IMG/VR virus record: IMGVR_UViG_3300045988_109821
Coordinates: 1 to 46,792 of that record
Length of the DNA: 46,792 bases
Strand: one strand, 5' to 3'
Source of the DNA: a virus
Of the stretch, positions 46,039-46,792 are shown in pieces; position 1 is the first letter of the stretch, and the number at the start of each line of letters is the position of its first letter. Under the pieces are notes generated by a model. It had not been told where the DNA came from, did not search any database, and saw only the letters and a list, made by a program, of their open reading frames with translations. Both the position numbers and the translations under genes were made by a program.

Positions 46039-46389
46039 TTACTTTCCTAAAACTTCATTGATAAAGTTATCTAATAACTTATTAATTTTAACAATCTTTT
46101 TATCATATGCTAAATCACTATTATATATGTTTTTTGCTTTTTCATTATATTTATCTACAACACCCACTGCAGAATATTCACCAAATGGTCTATAACCTGT
46201 CACAATTACAGTATTATAGTTAACTTGGTAGATGTCGGCATTCCATCCATAGACACCTTTAGTATAATATCTTGCTTCTTGTCCTTTCAATAAATACCAT
46301 GCAGAGCAATAGCCCACACTTATCACATTTTTATAGTTTTTAATAATTTCCTTTTTAGTTGTTTTTGTTTTCATTTTAATTATCCCCAA
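46039..46389 (-). CDS. Hypothetical early protein (116 aa, Tyr/Gly/Trp-rich).
   Basis: ORF with RBS. First large gene of the early arm. Confidence 0.45.
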   Translation of the reverse strand: MGIIKMKTKTTKKEIIKNYKNVISVGYCSAWYLLKGQEARYYTKGVYGWNADIYQVNYNTVIVTGYRPFGEYSAVGVVDKYNEKAKNIYNSDLAYDKKIVKINKLLDNFINEVLGK

Positions 46390-46440
46390 TCTAATTATAT
46401 TGTGCCTATTTTTAGGGAACAGGCAAACCCTAAATAATTA

Positions 46441-46542
46441 TTATCTATGTAGTAAACAATCTATGAATAATAGTGCGTATGTAGCTAATATAAATAGTAT
46501 TATCATTTTATATTTAGCTATAAAACTTTTTAACTTTTTCAT
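46441..46542 (-). CDS. 33-aa hydrophobic peptide, the first ORF of the early transcript.
   Basis: Perfect SD AAGGAGGA 7 nt upstream of the reverse-strand ATG at 46542. Single transmembrane-like segment. Confidence 0.4.
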   Translation of the reverse strand: MKKLKSFIAKYKMIILFILATYALLFIDCLLHR

Positions 46543-46567
46543 ACTGTTTTCCTCCTTGTCTGCTTTA

Positions 46568-46596
46568 ATATTATCACCAATTTTTGGTTATGTCAA
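46568..46596 (-). promoter_or_regulatory. Strong early promoter on the reverse strand: -35 TTGACA, 17-bp spacer, -10 TAATAT with an upstream TG.
   Basis: Reverse complement of 46568-46596 reads TTGACATAACCAAAAATTGGTGATAATAT. Confidence 0.6.
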
Positions 46597-46673
46597 GGCT
46601 TTTCTGTGAATTTTTTTGTTTTTTGTGTTTTTTTGGAATATTTACAAGTTGTTTGAAAATCTAGTTAGTGAAA

Positions 46674-46792
46674 ATTTTTTTTTCAAATTTGATTTTGATA
46701 TTTTTTTTAATTATATAAATATATTATTGTAATTATATAATATAACTGTATAATGAAAACCAATTAAACAAAATACGACAAAAAATCGTAAA
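46674..46792. repeat. Right copy of the direct terminal repeat (or circular-assembly overlap).
   Basis: Identical to 1-119. Confidence 0.9.

Noticed and set aside
46400-46609. 69-aa forward ORF at the right end.
   Set aside because: TTG start with no RBS. The opposite strand carries a promoter, a perfect SD and a 33-aa ORF that explain the region better.
1-46792. Looked for integrase, CI-like repressor, phage RNA polymerase and toxin genes.
   Set aside because: No ORF has tyrosine- or serine-recombinase, LexA/CI or single-subunit RNAP motifs. The phage is therefore inferred to be virulent and dependent on host RNAP.

Overview
The window appears to be a complete, densely packed genome of a virulent, low-GC (Firmicutes-type) tailed phage, about 46.67 kb long. 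Bases 1-119 are repeated exactly at 46674-46792. This is either a direct terminal repeat or the overlap of a circular assembly.

The genome has two convergent arms. The rightward arm (about 455-26162, + strand) carries packaging, morphogenesis and lysis genes. In order: a putative small terminase; a large terminase split into three exons by two inserts that each carry an HNH homing endonuclease; portal; holin and a GH25 endolysin; scaffold; major capsid; tail proteins; a collagen-like tail fibre; a cluster of unusual low-complexity, C1q-like and Cys-rich proteins; and a 1400-aa virion protein. This gene order resembles T7-like podoviruses, but no phage RNA polymerase is present.

The leftward arm (46600 down to 26151, - strand) starts at a consensus promoter near the right end. 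It encodes about 45 mostly small, overlapping and translationally coupled early genes. The recognisable ones are an SNF2/DEAH helicase, an AbrB-Zn-ribbon regulator, ERF, YqaJ exonuclease, SSB, a primase-helicase, a family A DNA polymerase and a VRR-NUC nuclease. The two arms meet at a bidirectional terminator at 26144-26175.

No integrase, repressor, tRNA or CRISPR array was seen.

Most noteworthy:
- The twice-interrupted terL. The first insert shows the conserved P, Q, R and S core elements and a canonical U/omega-G P1 pairing of a group I intron, and it splits the Walker A motif. The second insert splits the nuclease DP motif.
- Four HNH homing endonucleases in total.
- A 1-kb non-coding, hairpin-rich region between terS and terL.
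- A 31-bp tandem repeat array upstream of a C1q-like gene.
- A late-region cluster of exosporium-like proteins.
- An internal triple-SD restart signal inside an early ORF.
- Several acidic or unknown first-injected early proteins that are anti-defence candidates.
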